64,000 bases of DNA from an uncultured Gammaproteobacteria bacterium. Lineage in GTDB: Bacteria > Pseudomonadota > Gammaproteobacteria > Pseudomonadales > Halieaceae. The stretch is from NCBI GenBank assembly GCA_963712135.1, contig CAVQGV010000026.1, forward strand, positions 388,671 to 452,670. The letters run 5' to 3'. A model generated the notes under the pieces. That model was not told the DNA's origin, made no database searches, and worked only from the letters and a program-made list of their open reading frames with translations. Position numbers and translations under genes: made by a program. Shown here in pieces: positions 43,494-56,179 of the stretch; within the stretch, counting starts at the first letter, position 1, and the number at the start of each line of letters is the position of its first letter.

Positions 43494-44350
43494 TGGCCGA
43501 TTTGCCCGTATCTCCCATTTCCCCCGGCAGCGAACCGGTGCACCACTACGATACCGTGGTGGGCGCCTGGGGCGATCTGCTTGAGGAAGACCTGCATTAC
43601 GGCTATTTTCACAGTGGCAATGAATCACTCATTGAAGCCACCAATGAACTCACCAACCAGATGCTGAACCTGGCTGAGCTTCGATCTGGTCTTCATGTGC
43701 TAGATGTGGGCTGCGGTACTGGTAAAGCCGGCTGCCGCTTGGCGGGGGAGTACGCTGCGAGGGTAACCGGCATTTCGCCCAGCAGCGCCTGCGTAGAAAG
43801 AGCCCAGGCGTTGGCGAGGGAAACGAGGCAGCAGGATCTCGCTATTTTTTGTCACGGCGATGGCACATCTCTGTCCTTCGATGACAATACCTTTGATTGC
43901 GTTTGGGTGATGGAATCCTCACACCTGATGCAGGACAAGAAGGCGCTTATCTCAGAGTGCACGCGGGTACTTCGTCCCGGCGGACGTGTTGTACTTTGCG
44001 ACATCATGGTCAAACGCAAACTTACTTTGGAAGAAGTTATCGAGTACCGGGACGAATTTCTGCTTCTTAGAGACGTCTTCGGTCGAGCGATCATGGAGCC
44101 ATTGCAATTCTATCGGCAGCAGTTCGAGTCCAAAGGGTTAAATGTTGCTGCCGCGTCAGATATTTCTGCGCCCACATACCACACTTTTGCGCGGTGGCGC
44201 CAGAATGCCTATGAAAACCGGGAGAGCGTTTGCAGAATGATTGGCGAGCGTGCCTGGGAGCAATTCATATTATCCTGTGATGTGTTGGAGCAGTTTTGGC
44301 AGAGTAATATCCTTGGCTATGGAATTATCTGCGCGCACAAATACGCGTAG
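43493..44350 (+). CDS. class I SAM-dependent methyltransferase (CFA-synthase / mycolate-MT-like)
   Basis: 285 aa; VLDVGCGTG motif I; N-terminal YDTVVGAWGDLLEEDLHYGYF resembles the CMAS family; start overlaps the SDR stop. Confidence 0.7.
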   Translation: MADLPVSPISPGSEPVHHYDTVVGAWGDLLEEDLHYGYFHSGNESLIEATNELTNQMLNLAELRSGLHVLDVGCGTGKAGCRLAGEYAARVTGISPSSACVERAQALARETRQQDLAIFCHGDGTSLSFDDNTFDCVWVMESSHLMQDKKALISECTRVLRPGGRVVLCDIMVKRKLTLEEVIEYRDEFLLLRDVFGRAIMEPLQFYRQQFESKGLNVAAASDISAPTYHTFARWRQNAYENRESVCRMIGERAWEQFILSCDVLEQFWQSNILGYGIICAHKYA

Positions 44351-44354
44351 CGAC

Positions 44355-45893
44355 TCAAAACTGGAAGTACAGAAATTCGCTGACTTCCGTCAGGTTTACA
44401 ATAGATGCAACGGCCAGAACAGCAATACCAACAGACCAGCCCCGACTGGCCTGCCACTGCAGACTGATCACTGGTTCCCGACCCGCCAGCGGTTTGTCAA
44501 TGGCAACCTCGCAGTGGCGAAAAAGCTGGTAAGTGCTGGGCAGTATCCAGCAAGCTGCCAAAGCCATTGCAAGAAGCAGGAAAACCACACTGACTGCGTA
44601 GCTTTCCCCGAATAACATGGAAGTGAGTTGAAGGTTTTTATTACCCTTCAGTGCGGCCATGTACTCAGGCACAAACTGCAGCCCATCCCAGTTAAGGATC
44701 GCGTTATACACATGGCCAGCTGAGGCCAGATTATCTGCGCGAAAAACCACCAGGGTTAACGCCACCACCAAAAACGTAAGCAGCTGTGCCGCTGCCTTAT
44801 AATCTCTTCTGCCCACCAGTCCCAGCGGCCCGGAAACCTTGATCCGCCAGAGTTGATGGATCACCACGTAACTACCATGACAAAGTCCGTATACGACAAA
44901 GGTCCATCCGGCGCCGTGCCAGACCCCACCGATGAACATCGTGGCGAACAGGTTAAATCTTTGCCTTGCAGGACTACAGAAAAATCCGCCCAGGGGAGTG
45001 TAGACATAGTCCCTGAGGAAACGAGAAAGAGTGGCGTGCCACATACGCCAGAAATCGCTGATATTCAATGCTCGATAAGGCGAAAAGAAATTTACTGGAA
45101 GTTTGATTCCGAACATGCAGGACAGTCCAATAGCCATATCGCAGTAACCGGAGAAATCAAAATAGAGCTGGAAAGCGTAACTGAATGCTCCGGCAAGCGC
45201 ATCGAGTGTAGAAAGATTGCTGCCCTGCGACGCCAGAGAAAAAACTGGCGTTGCGAACTTGGAAAAGCCATCGGCAATAACAACTTTCTTAAACAGGCCA
45301 ACAACCATGATAGATAGCCCAATACTTAGATTAGTATAGGTTCTTGAACGGTCGGTGAGCGTTCTGAACTGTGACAACATCTCTCGGTGATGCACGATTG
45401 GACCAGCAATCAGCTGCGGGAAAAAAGCAACAAATAGGCAGTATTCAAGGAATCCGTGGTCTTCGGTAAGCCCTTTGCGGGAATCCACCAGATAGGCAAT
45501 CTTCTGGAAAGTGAAAAAAGAAATCCCAAGGGGCAAGATGATCTTCTCGAACTCGAAGCTCCAATCCATTGCCACCCGGAAATTATCAATAAAGAAATTA
45601 GCGTATTTAAAATAGCCCAGCAGGCCGAGATTGAACAGCACTCCGAGCACCAGCCAATGACGACCCTGATTTTTCCCGCCCTTGGCAAGCAAGGTGCCCA
45701 GAAAATAATTCACGCAAGCGGAGAAGATCAGCAGCAGCAGGTAGACTGGGTTCCACCAGCCATAAAAAAACATTGAGGAACTAACCAGCCAGATCAAGAT
45801 CAGGCGAAGATTGCCGACTTTTTGCAGAAACAGGAATCCCGCCAACACCACGGGTAGGAAGAAAAAAAGAAACTCACTGGAATTAAATAGCAT
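44355..45893 (-). CDS. MBOAT-family membrane-bound O-acyltransferase (AlgI/DltB-like)
   Basis: 512 aa; conserved FWRRWH-like motif (FWRMWHATLSRFLRDYVYTPLGG) and GGVWHGAGW; catalytic His region. Confidence 0.85.
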   Translation of the reverse strand: MLFNSSEFLFFFLPVVLAGFLFLQKVGNLRLILIWLVSSSMFFYGWWNPVYLLLLIFSACVNYFLGTLLAKGGKNQGRHWLVLGVLFNLGLLGYFKYANFFIDNFRVAMDWSFEFEKIILPLGISFFTFQKIAYLVDSRKGLTEDHGFLEYCLFVAFFPQLIAGPIVHHREMLSQFRTLTDRSRTYTNLSIGLSIMVVGLFKKVVIADGFSKFATPVFSLASQGSNLSTLDALAGAFSYAFQLYFDFSGYCDMAIGLSCMFGIKLPVNFFSPYRALNISDFWRMWHATLSRFLRDYVYTPLGGFFCSPARQRFNLFATMFIGGVWHGAGWTFVVYGLCHGSYVVIHQLWRIKVSGPLGLVGRRDYKAAAQLLTFLVVALTLVVFRADNLASAGHVYNAILNWDGLQFVPEYMAALKGNKNLQLTSMLFGESYAVSVVFLLLAMALAACWILPSTYQLFRHCEVAIDKPLAGREPVISLQWQASRGWSVGIAVLAVASIVNLTEVSEFLYFQF

Positions 45894-46247
45894 AGATTGG
45901 CCGTGTTCATCTCGGCTGCTAATTCGTTGACGTCCTTGGCCCGAAAGTATATCTTCTTTTACGATAAGTCAGTAGGGATAATGCGAGTCAGAATCGGTAG
46001 CTAGCTATCGGTTTGCAGCATATTAGCTATCTGCGGATTGATATGCTGGTTTCCACACAATCAATACCCAGCAATACATGCGGTATCAACATCGAGTTAT
46101 CGAAGACGGTTATCCTGGCTCTACCGGATTGCGTGGTATACAGTGGCAATCCCGCTGGCTTACTGCCGGTGTAGCGGGGCTATTGCTGAGTATCAGACTG
46201 CCCAACCTAATCGCCGTCAATGAATTTATATACTTTCAGTTCTATTT

Positions 46248-47450
46248 ATGAAGCAATATCTTTTCGGCACTTTAGTACTCATATTTGGCTTCTGCTTGTT
46301 GGTAGCCCTGTTCAATTACCGTGTCGACCCCTACGCAATTTATCACTACAAACAGGTGAATGCAGACTGGCTGAGTCGGATTGATCAGTTCCTCCATTTA
46401 CGGATAACAAAACCTTGGCACGTTGTGCAAATAAAACCTACGGCGATCATTGTGGGGACATCAAGATCTGCATCGGTGAACCCAATGCATTCCACCTGGC
46501 CCCAAAACGCTAGCTACAATCTGTCAATTCCCGGCCTGACGTCGTATGAAATGCTACGATTTATCGAGCATGCCCAGGCTAATGGACCTGTCAGCAAGCT
46601 GATGATTGGGTTAGATTTTGAGGCTTTCATTCATCCGGAGCCACGTTTCCAGTTTGGTTTTGAGGAGTCGCGGATGGCCCGTGATCCCGATGATCTGGCT
46701 TCGGCACATTTTATCTGGCAGCTCATGAGCGATATGAGAAACACATTGTTATCGATGTCGGGTATTAGCCAGAGTGTAATGGCGCTCACCGGCAGTGCGG
46801 AAGTGGGTCGTCGCTATTTTTCGGACGGGACTTGGGAAAGTACCCAATCAAGATTCACGGGTAGACCAGGTTATATCTATATTGGTAAGGAAACTGTATT
46901 TGATCAGCGAAATGAGAAGCTGAGCCTTGATAGAAATCTGGACAATTTCGCTGACATATTGCGCTTTTCCCATCGACAGAAAATAGAAACACGCCTGTTC
47001 ATCACACCCCAACATGTATTCATGATTGATCTTTGGTGGCGTCTGGGTTACAGAGAATTGTGGAAAGAGTTCCACCGCCGTCTGGTAGAGGTAAATGATG
47101 CGGTAGCTATTGAGATGGGAGTTGAGCCTTTTCCTATATTTGGATTTAATCATCTACGGGGGGTTGTCGATGAGCCTATTAGCAGTGCTCAGAATTCCAC
47201 TCGTTCCTTGTTCAGCGATGGCTTGCACTTTCGACCACGACTCGGGAAGCAAATCATGGATGCAGTGTGGACTGATGGTGCTGAGTTGGGAGCTAAACTG
47301 GATGTCAATTCAGTTAATTCCTATCTGTCTCAGGTAGAACAGTTGCATCATACATTCGAGTCTGCCAATACAGAACTCACTGCAGCGTCTACGTCGGGGG
47401 ATTTCCCCCGAATTGGAATAGCTGGCGGCGGTATTTGTGGCCGAAGCTAA
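46248..47450 (+). CDS. N-terminally membrane-anchored extracytoplasmic protein, candidate DltD/AlgJ-like O-acyl transfer partner of the MBOAT
   Basis: 400 aa; single N-terminal TM; IVGTSRSA segment in the position of the DltD GSSE-type nucleophile motif; divergently paired with the MBOAT gene; function is inferred from context. Confidence 0.35.
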   Translation: MKQYLFGTLVLIFGFCLLVALFNYRVDPYAIYHYKQVNADWLSRIDQFLHLRITKPWHVVQIKPTAIIVGTSRSASVNPMHSTWPQNASYNLSIPGLTSYEMLRFIEHAQANGPVSKLMIGLDFEAFIHPEPRFQFGFEESRMARDPDDLASAHFIWQLMSDMRNTLLSMSGISQSVMALTGSAEVGRRYFSDGTWESTQSRFTGRPGYIYIGKETVFDQRNEKLSLDRNLDNFADILRFSHRQKIETRLFITPQHVFMIDLWWRLGYRELWKEFHRRLVEVNDAVAIEMGVEPFPIFGFNHLRGVVDEPISSAQNSTRSLFSDGLHFRPRLGKQIMDAVWTDGAELGAKLDVNSVNSYLSQVEQLHHTFESANTELTAASTSGDFPRIGIAGGGICGRS

Positions 47451-47558
47451 TGACTTGATGCCAGAATCTTTTTGCCGCAAGGGCTCGCCCGCTGGTTTTC
47501 GCAGAAGCGCCGTTGAGTAGCGTATAATCAACTTTGTATACTTATAGGAGAAGAGTAT

Positions 47559-48104
47559 ATGAACAAGGGTGTGTTGATTGGAACCGTGTTAGGAGCTGGT
47601 CTGGCAACTGCCTACGGTGGTTTTGCAGGTTACCGGATGTTGAGCCAACCCGAGTACGCGCAGGTGGTGGATGTCACTACAGTCACCGAGAGCGTCAAAA
47701 CGCCGCGCGAGGAGTGTCGTGACCAGGTCGTGACACGGAAAAAGCCGGTCAAGGATACGCATCAGGTTACCGGCACCGTGCTTGGTGCAGTTGCCGGCGG
47801 CTTGCTAGGCGATGCGATCGGCGGCGGGGGCAAGAACACTGCAGCAAAAATTGCTGGTGCGGCGGCGGGTGGTTATGCCGGTAACAAAACGCAGGAAACA
47901 ATGCAGGAAAATGACACCTACCAGACAACGGAACGCGTGTGCAAGACGGTAGTTGATGTCAGCGAGCGCACCGTGGGTTACGATGTTAAATATCGCATCG
48001 GCGATGTCCCCGGTGAAGTGCGTATGGATCACGATCCCGGTGACACCATTCCACTGGAAGACGGAAAACTGGTGCTTTCCCGTGCCACTGCAGCAGCTGA
48101 TTGA
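47559..48104 (+). CDS. glycine-zipper (SlyB/YMGG-like) small outer-membrane/periplasmic protein
   Basis: N-terminal GxxxG repeats (GTVLGAGLATAYGG) and Gly-rich middle; 181 aa. Confidence 0.5.
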   Translation: MNKGVLIGTVLGAGLATAYGGFAGYRMLSQPEYAQVVDVTTVTESVKTPREECRDQVVTRKKPVKDTHQVTGTVLGAVAGGLLGDAIGGGGKNTAAKIAGAAAGGYAGNKTQETMQENDTYQTTERVCKTVVDVSERTVGYDVKYRIGDVPGEVRMDHDPGDTIPLEDGKLVLSRATAAAD

Positions 48105-48131
48105 AGGATTAGGTAAATTGGAGTTGAATCA

Positions 48132-48407
48132 ATGAGCACTATTGCGTATCGCGACTTCCTGCCACAGGAGACCCCGCGCAGTGGATTGTTTGGCGGCGTG
48201 GATTATTCCGATTTCAACAGCTGTGTGGCCGCCATGAATCACTGGCTGAAACAGAATCCAGTTAGCATAGTGCATGTCGAGACAGTTACCTTGCCTAATA
48301 TGCACAGTGTGTATGAAGATGGCTCCAACGATACAGAACTGCACACCACAGGTCGTACGGTCTGGTACCAGTTTGTGCGGCTGTGGTATTCGGTCGCAGC
48401 GATATAA
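48132..48407 (+). CDS. small conserved hypothetical protein, paralog B (91 aa, full-length form)
   Basis: Paralog of 34730-34918; shares the GLFGGVDYSDFNSCVAAMNHWL..VETVTLPNMHSV core. Confidence 0.45.
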   Translation: MSTIAYRDFLPQETPRSGLFGGVDYSDFNSCVAAMNHWLKQNPVSIVHVETVTLPNMHSVYEDGSNDTELHTTGRTVWYQFVRLWYSVAAI

Positions 48408-48465
48408 GCAGGTAACTATGAGCGCAGACTCGATGCCGTTGGCTGCGCCAGCCCAGTGCGGCCCC

Positions 48466-49844
48466 CTAGATGAGTTTTTTGGGATCTAGCAACGAGGCCA
48501 GTTTTTGCGGTGACAGATCCGTCATTTGTGCAGCTACTTCAATGATCGGGCGGCTTTCCTGGTAGGCGCGTTTGGCGATTTCAGCTGCCGTACTATAACC
48601 GATCTCACGATTCAGGGCGGTCACCAGGATGGGATTTCTCGCCAGGTTGGCCTCAATGTTTGCGCGATTGACCACAAAGTCAGCGATGCACTTATCCGCC
48701 AATGCTGTGCAACTGTTGGCGAGCAGGGTAATGCTCTGCAACAGGTTGTAGGCGATTACCGGCAGCATTACATTGAGTTGGAAATTGCCTGACTGGCCGG
48801 CCACGGTGATGGCAGAGTCGTTGCCAATCACCTGCGCCGCCGCCATTGCTACCGCTTCGGGAATGACCGGATTGACCTTGCCCGGCATGATACTGCTGCC
48901 CGGTTGCAGGGGTTTGAGGCTGATTTCACCCAACCCGGCCAACGGCCCGCTGTTCATCCAGCGCAGGTCATTGGCGATCTTCAGCAGTGCCACTGCCAGC
49001 GTCTTGAGCTGCCCGGAGAGCGCTACGGCAATGTCCTGGCTGGCGAGGGCGGCAAAGAAATTATCTGCCGGTTTGAACGTGGCTGCGCAACTCTCGTTGA
49101 GATAGAAACAGAAACGCGCGGCGAACTGCGGGTCCGCATTGACGCCCGTGCCGACGGCCGTGCCGCCCTGCGCCAACTGGCGCAGCTGTGCGCGACAGGC
49201 ATCGATGCGCTGTGCGGCCTGCACCAACTGTGCGCGCCAGCCAGAGAGCTCCTGCGCCAGGCTCAGCGGCATCGCATCCATCAGGTGCGTTCGCCCCGTC
49301 TTGATACAGTCGGCCAGGCCTGCTTCGCGTGCGGCGATGACTTCCGCCAGGCGGTGCAGGGCAGGCATGAGTGAATTGGCCAGCGCCAGCTCGGCACTGA
49401 CGTGAATTGCGGTGGGAATCACATCGTTGCTGCTCTGGCTGCAGTTCACATGGTCGTTGGGATGCACGGCCTGTCCCGACTGGCGGGAGGCGAGGGTGGC
49501 GATCACCTCGTTGGCATTCATATTGGTGCTGGTGCCCGAACCGGTCTGGAACACATCGACGGGAAACTGCTCCAGATGCTGTCCGTCGGCGATGGACAGT
49601 GCGGCAGCGGCGATGCTCGCCGCCAGTGCGGGGTCCAGCAGACCCAGCTCGGCATTGGCGCGCGCAGCAGCGGCTTTGATCAGGCCGAGAGTGGCAATAA
49701 AACCTGCTGGCATGGGCATGCCGCTGATCTGGAAATTCTCCACGGCGCGCTGTGTTTGCGCGCTATAAAGCGCTGTTGCGGGCACCTGCACCTCGCCCAG
49801 GCTGTCCTGTTCTATCCGCATATCACTCATCGCGATGGTCCTCG

Positions 49845-49848
<4 letters not shown>
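48466..49848 (-). CDS. fumC: class II fumarate hydratase
   Basis: 460 aa; GSSIMPGKVNP signature. Confidence 0.9.
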
Positions 49849-52527
<2,679 letters not shown>

Positions 52528-52559
52528 GGTGGCAGTCCTGTTCCGACAGTAGCGCACCG

Positions 52560-54825
52560 CAGTATAGAGGATAAACATGCTCCCCGCTGTCACTGTAATC
52601 CGGACGCGCCGACATGGCAGCGGGTACAGTACATACACCCCCGCCAATACCAGAGCCGCCCGGAGAGTTGGCCCCGGGATAGGGGATGTCCTAAACGGTC
52701 GCAAGCATTTCCCGTTGCCGTCGGTCCAGGGCACTCGTGCCAGATTCACGGGCCAACCAATTACCCCGTGATGTTTAGGGGAGCAGCAGACCGCTGTTGG
52801 GTACGACAAAGAGTCGGAGTCTAAACGGATACGTTTGAGTGTCAACAAGGGAACCAGGGAAGCTCGGCTGAGTAGGGTAGTCGCACAGCTAGGCCGGTCT
52901 TCGGACCGACCGAAGCACCTACCGATGAGGCAGCCGAGTGGCGGAGCACCCGTAGTAGTCGGAGACGTGAAAGACGTTCACATGGCGAAGGGGTGCAGGA
53001 TGATTCGTGTTTGGATGACTGAAGTGTTCTTTAATTTGGAGGCTTCCAAATGAACATCGAAGAAGTCCAGCGTAGGCTCTGGGAGCAATCGCAGGCCCAC
53101 AAGCAACACAGGGAGTCAGGAACACCGCTCTTTCCGACCAACCCGTACGGTGGCCGGATTCGGAACCTGATGGACCTGATGCACAATCCCACGTGGATTG
53201 CGGCAGCTTGTGACCGCGTGCTGAAACGCTCCCGTGGCAAAGCAGCAGGCGTAGACGGGGTGACGGCTCGCGAGTTCGCAAGAACCGTGAGTCCCGCCTC
53301 GAACAACTACGCCTGGAGTTGAAACGCGGTACGTATCGGCCTCTGCCGCTACGACGGGTGGAAATTCCCAAGGCTAACGGCAAAATGCGCCAGCTTGGAA
53401 TCCCCTGTCTGCGGGACAAGATCGTCCAAGAGGCAATACGTATGGCGTTGGAACCCATCTTCGAGGTCGAGTTCCATGACAACTCCTACGGGTTTCGGCC
53501 CAACCGGAGCACACACCACGCGGTGGCCCGTTGCCGCCATATGGCATTGACGGGCTTCACCTGGATCATCGAGGGCGATGTCAAGGCTTGCTTTGACGAA
53601 ATCTCGCACAAGGCGATCCTGCGGTGCGTCAGGGAAAAGGTGATGGACAACAAGTTTCTCGCTCTGATCCACCTCCTGTTGAAGGCGGGCGTGGAAATCG
53701 ACGGCGTCGTTCATCCGACCGACCAAAGGGGTTCCTCAGGGTGGCGTGGTCTCACCGCTCCTGGCCAACGTCGTGCTGAACAAATTGGATTGGTTTCTCC
53801 ATTCCAAGGGGTTCCACGGCAACGGCCAGCGAGAGGCGGTGCATCGCCACGGCCTGCCAAATGTCCGGTTCTGCCCGCTACGCCGACGATTGGTGCGTGT
53901 TTCTCACGCGCTGCAATCGGCAGCATGCGGAACGGCTACGGGACGAGATCCGCGACTTCCTTCGGGAAACCTGCGGGCTCGAACTGTCGGCCGAAAAGAC
54001 CCGGATTACCCACGTGAGAGACGGGTACGACTTTCTCGGATTCAACATCTCTGTAGGTGTTGGCAAATCCGGGAAGTTGGTGCCCAAAGTCAGGGTAGGC
54101 CGCAAGGCAATCACCAACATCCAGACTCGCTTGGGCGAGGCCCTTCGCTATCGCCCAATGCAGGAAAGCATCTCGGTCCGTCTTGTTCGTGCTTCGGCAG
54201 TCATTCGTGGCTGGTCGAACTACTTCAAGATTGCCCACAACTTCTCGCAAGTTGCTCACGGGCTGGACCACAAGGCTTTCTGGATCGCGGTGAAAGCGAT
54301 ATGTCGGAAGGAAGACATATCGACTGCCCAAGTGTCTCCGCAGGTACCGTCTTCGGAACACCATTGGGGTTCACGAAGACTGTACCCTGGCCCGCTTCCA
54401 AGATACGGCGTCGACGTACTACTGTCCGTCACCGGAACCGTATCAACCCGGCTGCAACCAGCCGTACCTGGAAGACGACGAATGGGAGGCGGCTTTCGTC
54501 TTCCACGAACGTCAACGGCCTGGTTGCGGAGACCTCAAGTGGAAGGCTTTGGTTCGCGACGGCTTTCATTGCCGTGGCTGCGCGGTCGTGGTCACATCCA
54601 AGACCTCGCACGCGGACCATATCGAACCTGTCAACCGCTTTGCCAACCTCGCAATGGCGAACGACTTGGACAACATCCAGACGCTTGTGTCTGCGATGTC
54701 ACAAGCTCAAAACTGCGAGGGAACAATGAGAATAGAATCATCTGGAAAGCCGGATGCTTGGAAACTTGCACGTCCGGTTTGGGGTTGGGGCCGGGGTGAA
54801 ACTCCCCGGCCTACACCACATGCCC
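52560..54825 (+). mobile_element. group II intron (domains I-IV with RT/maturase/HNH ORF); 3' end (domains V/VI) not confidently found and apparently cut at the GC break
   Basis: About 490 nt structured leader with hairpins before the IEP ORF; IEP has RT motifs (YRPLPLRRVEIPKANGKMRQLGIPCLRDKIVQ; YADDWCVF), maturase X and C-terminal HNH (HADHIEP...); only a weak GNRA-capped hairpin GGCCGGGG-TGAAAC-TCCCCGGCC at about 54806-54827. Confidence 0.6.
53050..54799 (+). pseudogene. group II intron-encoded reverse transcriptase/maturase/HNH endonuclease, in at least 4 frames
   Basis: RT domains 0-4 (53050-53760), RT5-7 with YADD (53861-...), X and HNH (to about 54730) are each in different frames. Confidence 0.7.
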
Positions 54826-55540
54826 TGGCGCTGCCGTCGAGTTCGAGCCCCCGGGCACATTCCCCGAGGTGACCGGCTATCGGGGCGGCGGCCCGCACGG
54901 CTTGGCCCCGGGCGAATGGACCGACGACACCAGCATGGCGCTGGCCGACCCCCCTGAGCGGCCCCATCCCGCAATCGCCCGGAGATACTTGGTCGGTACT
55001 TCACCATGCGCTAGTGCGCGGAACGCGGGGGCTGCCAGGCGGATTGACCCTTTCCAAGTTGCTCACGAAACATGGGCTAAAGTGAAGCAGCGCGATCAAC
55101 ATAGCTCGATGGGCTATCGAGCACGCCCGGGACGGGTTGGCCCGCCGATCTTCATCCCTCGCCCAATCGCAGCCGCTCCAGAAAATCGGACCGAATCCGG
55201 TCCCGGACGCCTCCCACAGCAGCGACTCCGCGAGGGCCTGCCCACGCCGGGCCTCCAACTCCGCCAGCCGGGCCGCATGGAACGGAGCACAGCATGGCTC
55301 GACCGATGGCCATCCAGGCAAGCTGGTACGACAATCCACAATATTATGACCTCGCGTATCGCTCAGGGCATGATCCGCGGAGGTGCCGTATCGGGTGGAT
55401 TGATCGGCTATTGCGGAGCCTGTTGCATTGCCGATGGATGGACCCGGCGTTGGACGTCGGGTTCGATAACACCGAAGGTGGCCTCGTACCGCTGGATGGT
55501 CATCATCAAGGCTTGCAACATCCGTTTCGCCGAGAAATAG
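54826..55540 (+). CDS. ADP-ribosylglycohydrolase-family protein, 5'-truncated at the GC break; later part of the ORF doubtful
   Basis: Frame begins mid-domain with ...VEFEPPGTFPEVTGYRGGGPHGLAPGEWTDDTSMALA, the conserved ARH motif, with no upstream N-terminus. Confidence 0.4.
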
Positions 55541-55767
55541 TTGGTGACGATCCGCTGGGTGATAGCAATCGGCACAGTCGGCACCCCGAACGGCTGGGGA
55601 TTGACGCCAAAGTCGAGGATCAGCTCCTCCGGCGTGCCGGTGACTCGGCAGAAGTTGTTGTACATTGGGACGGCCCTTGAGTCATCAATCCGGATCTGCG
55701 GTTGCTGCGCCTGATCCTGGGCAGGGGCCTGCGGGGAGGTGTCAGGATTGCTGCCGGGTTCGACCAT
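55408..55767 (-). CDS. DUF3467-like small protein
   Basis: 119 aa; RAVPMYNNFCRVTGTPEELILDFGVNP resembles the DUF3467 core; from memory. Confidence 0.35.
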   Translation of the reverse strand: MVEPGSNPDTSPQAPAQDQAQQPQIRIDDSRAVPMYNNFCRVTGTPEELILDFGVNPQPFGVPTVPIAITQRIVTNYFSAKRMLQALMMTIQRYEATFGVIEPDVQRRVHPSAMQQAPQ

Positions 55768-56179
55768 GAGTTGGATCCTTTATGTGAAGGTATTGAGTTT
55801 GACCGCCATCCATGGGCGGCCCCACGTATCGCGCTCTCATTGTAGACAGACCGCTTTGCGATGAGAATGGCGTCTACGGGGCTGACACTGGTAACCGATT
55901 GGCCGACCGGCTGTGGTACCGAAAACGGCAGAGCACGGTTCTCGGGGGTCGGCCTTGACTGCGCGAAACCAAAGACCGTATTCTCCCAACCCACGAACCA
56001 CACCATCCGCGGCAACCGCGCTGCCGCAGCGCGTCCAATCGCTCCCGAAGAAGCGAGTCTCCTTACCCCCCTTGGGATACTGGCTTTTCGGGAGCCTTTT
56101 GTTGCGCCCTTCGGTCGCAGGCGGGGCGTGCTTGTCTAGCAGAGTGCATACGGCAATCCATCCAGGGCGGTACGGCGAT

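Noticed and set aside
54806-54827. Hairpin GGCCGGGG-TGAAAC-TCCCCGGCC as intron domain V
   Set aside because: Only an 8-bp stem without the conserved catalytic AGC triad or 2-nt bulge; kept only as a weak possibility
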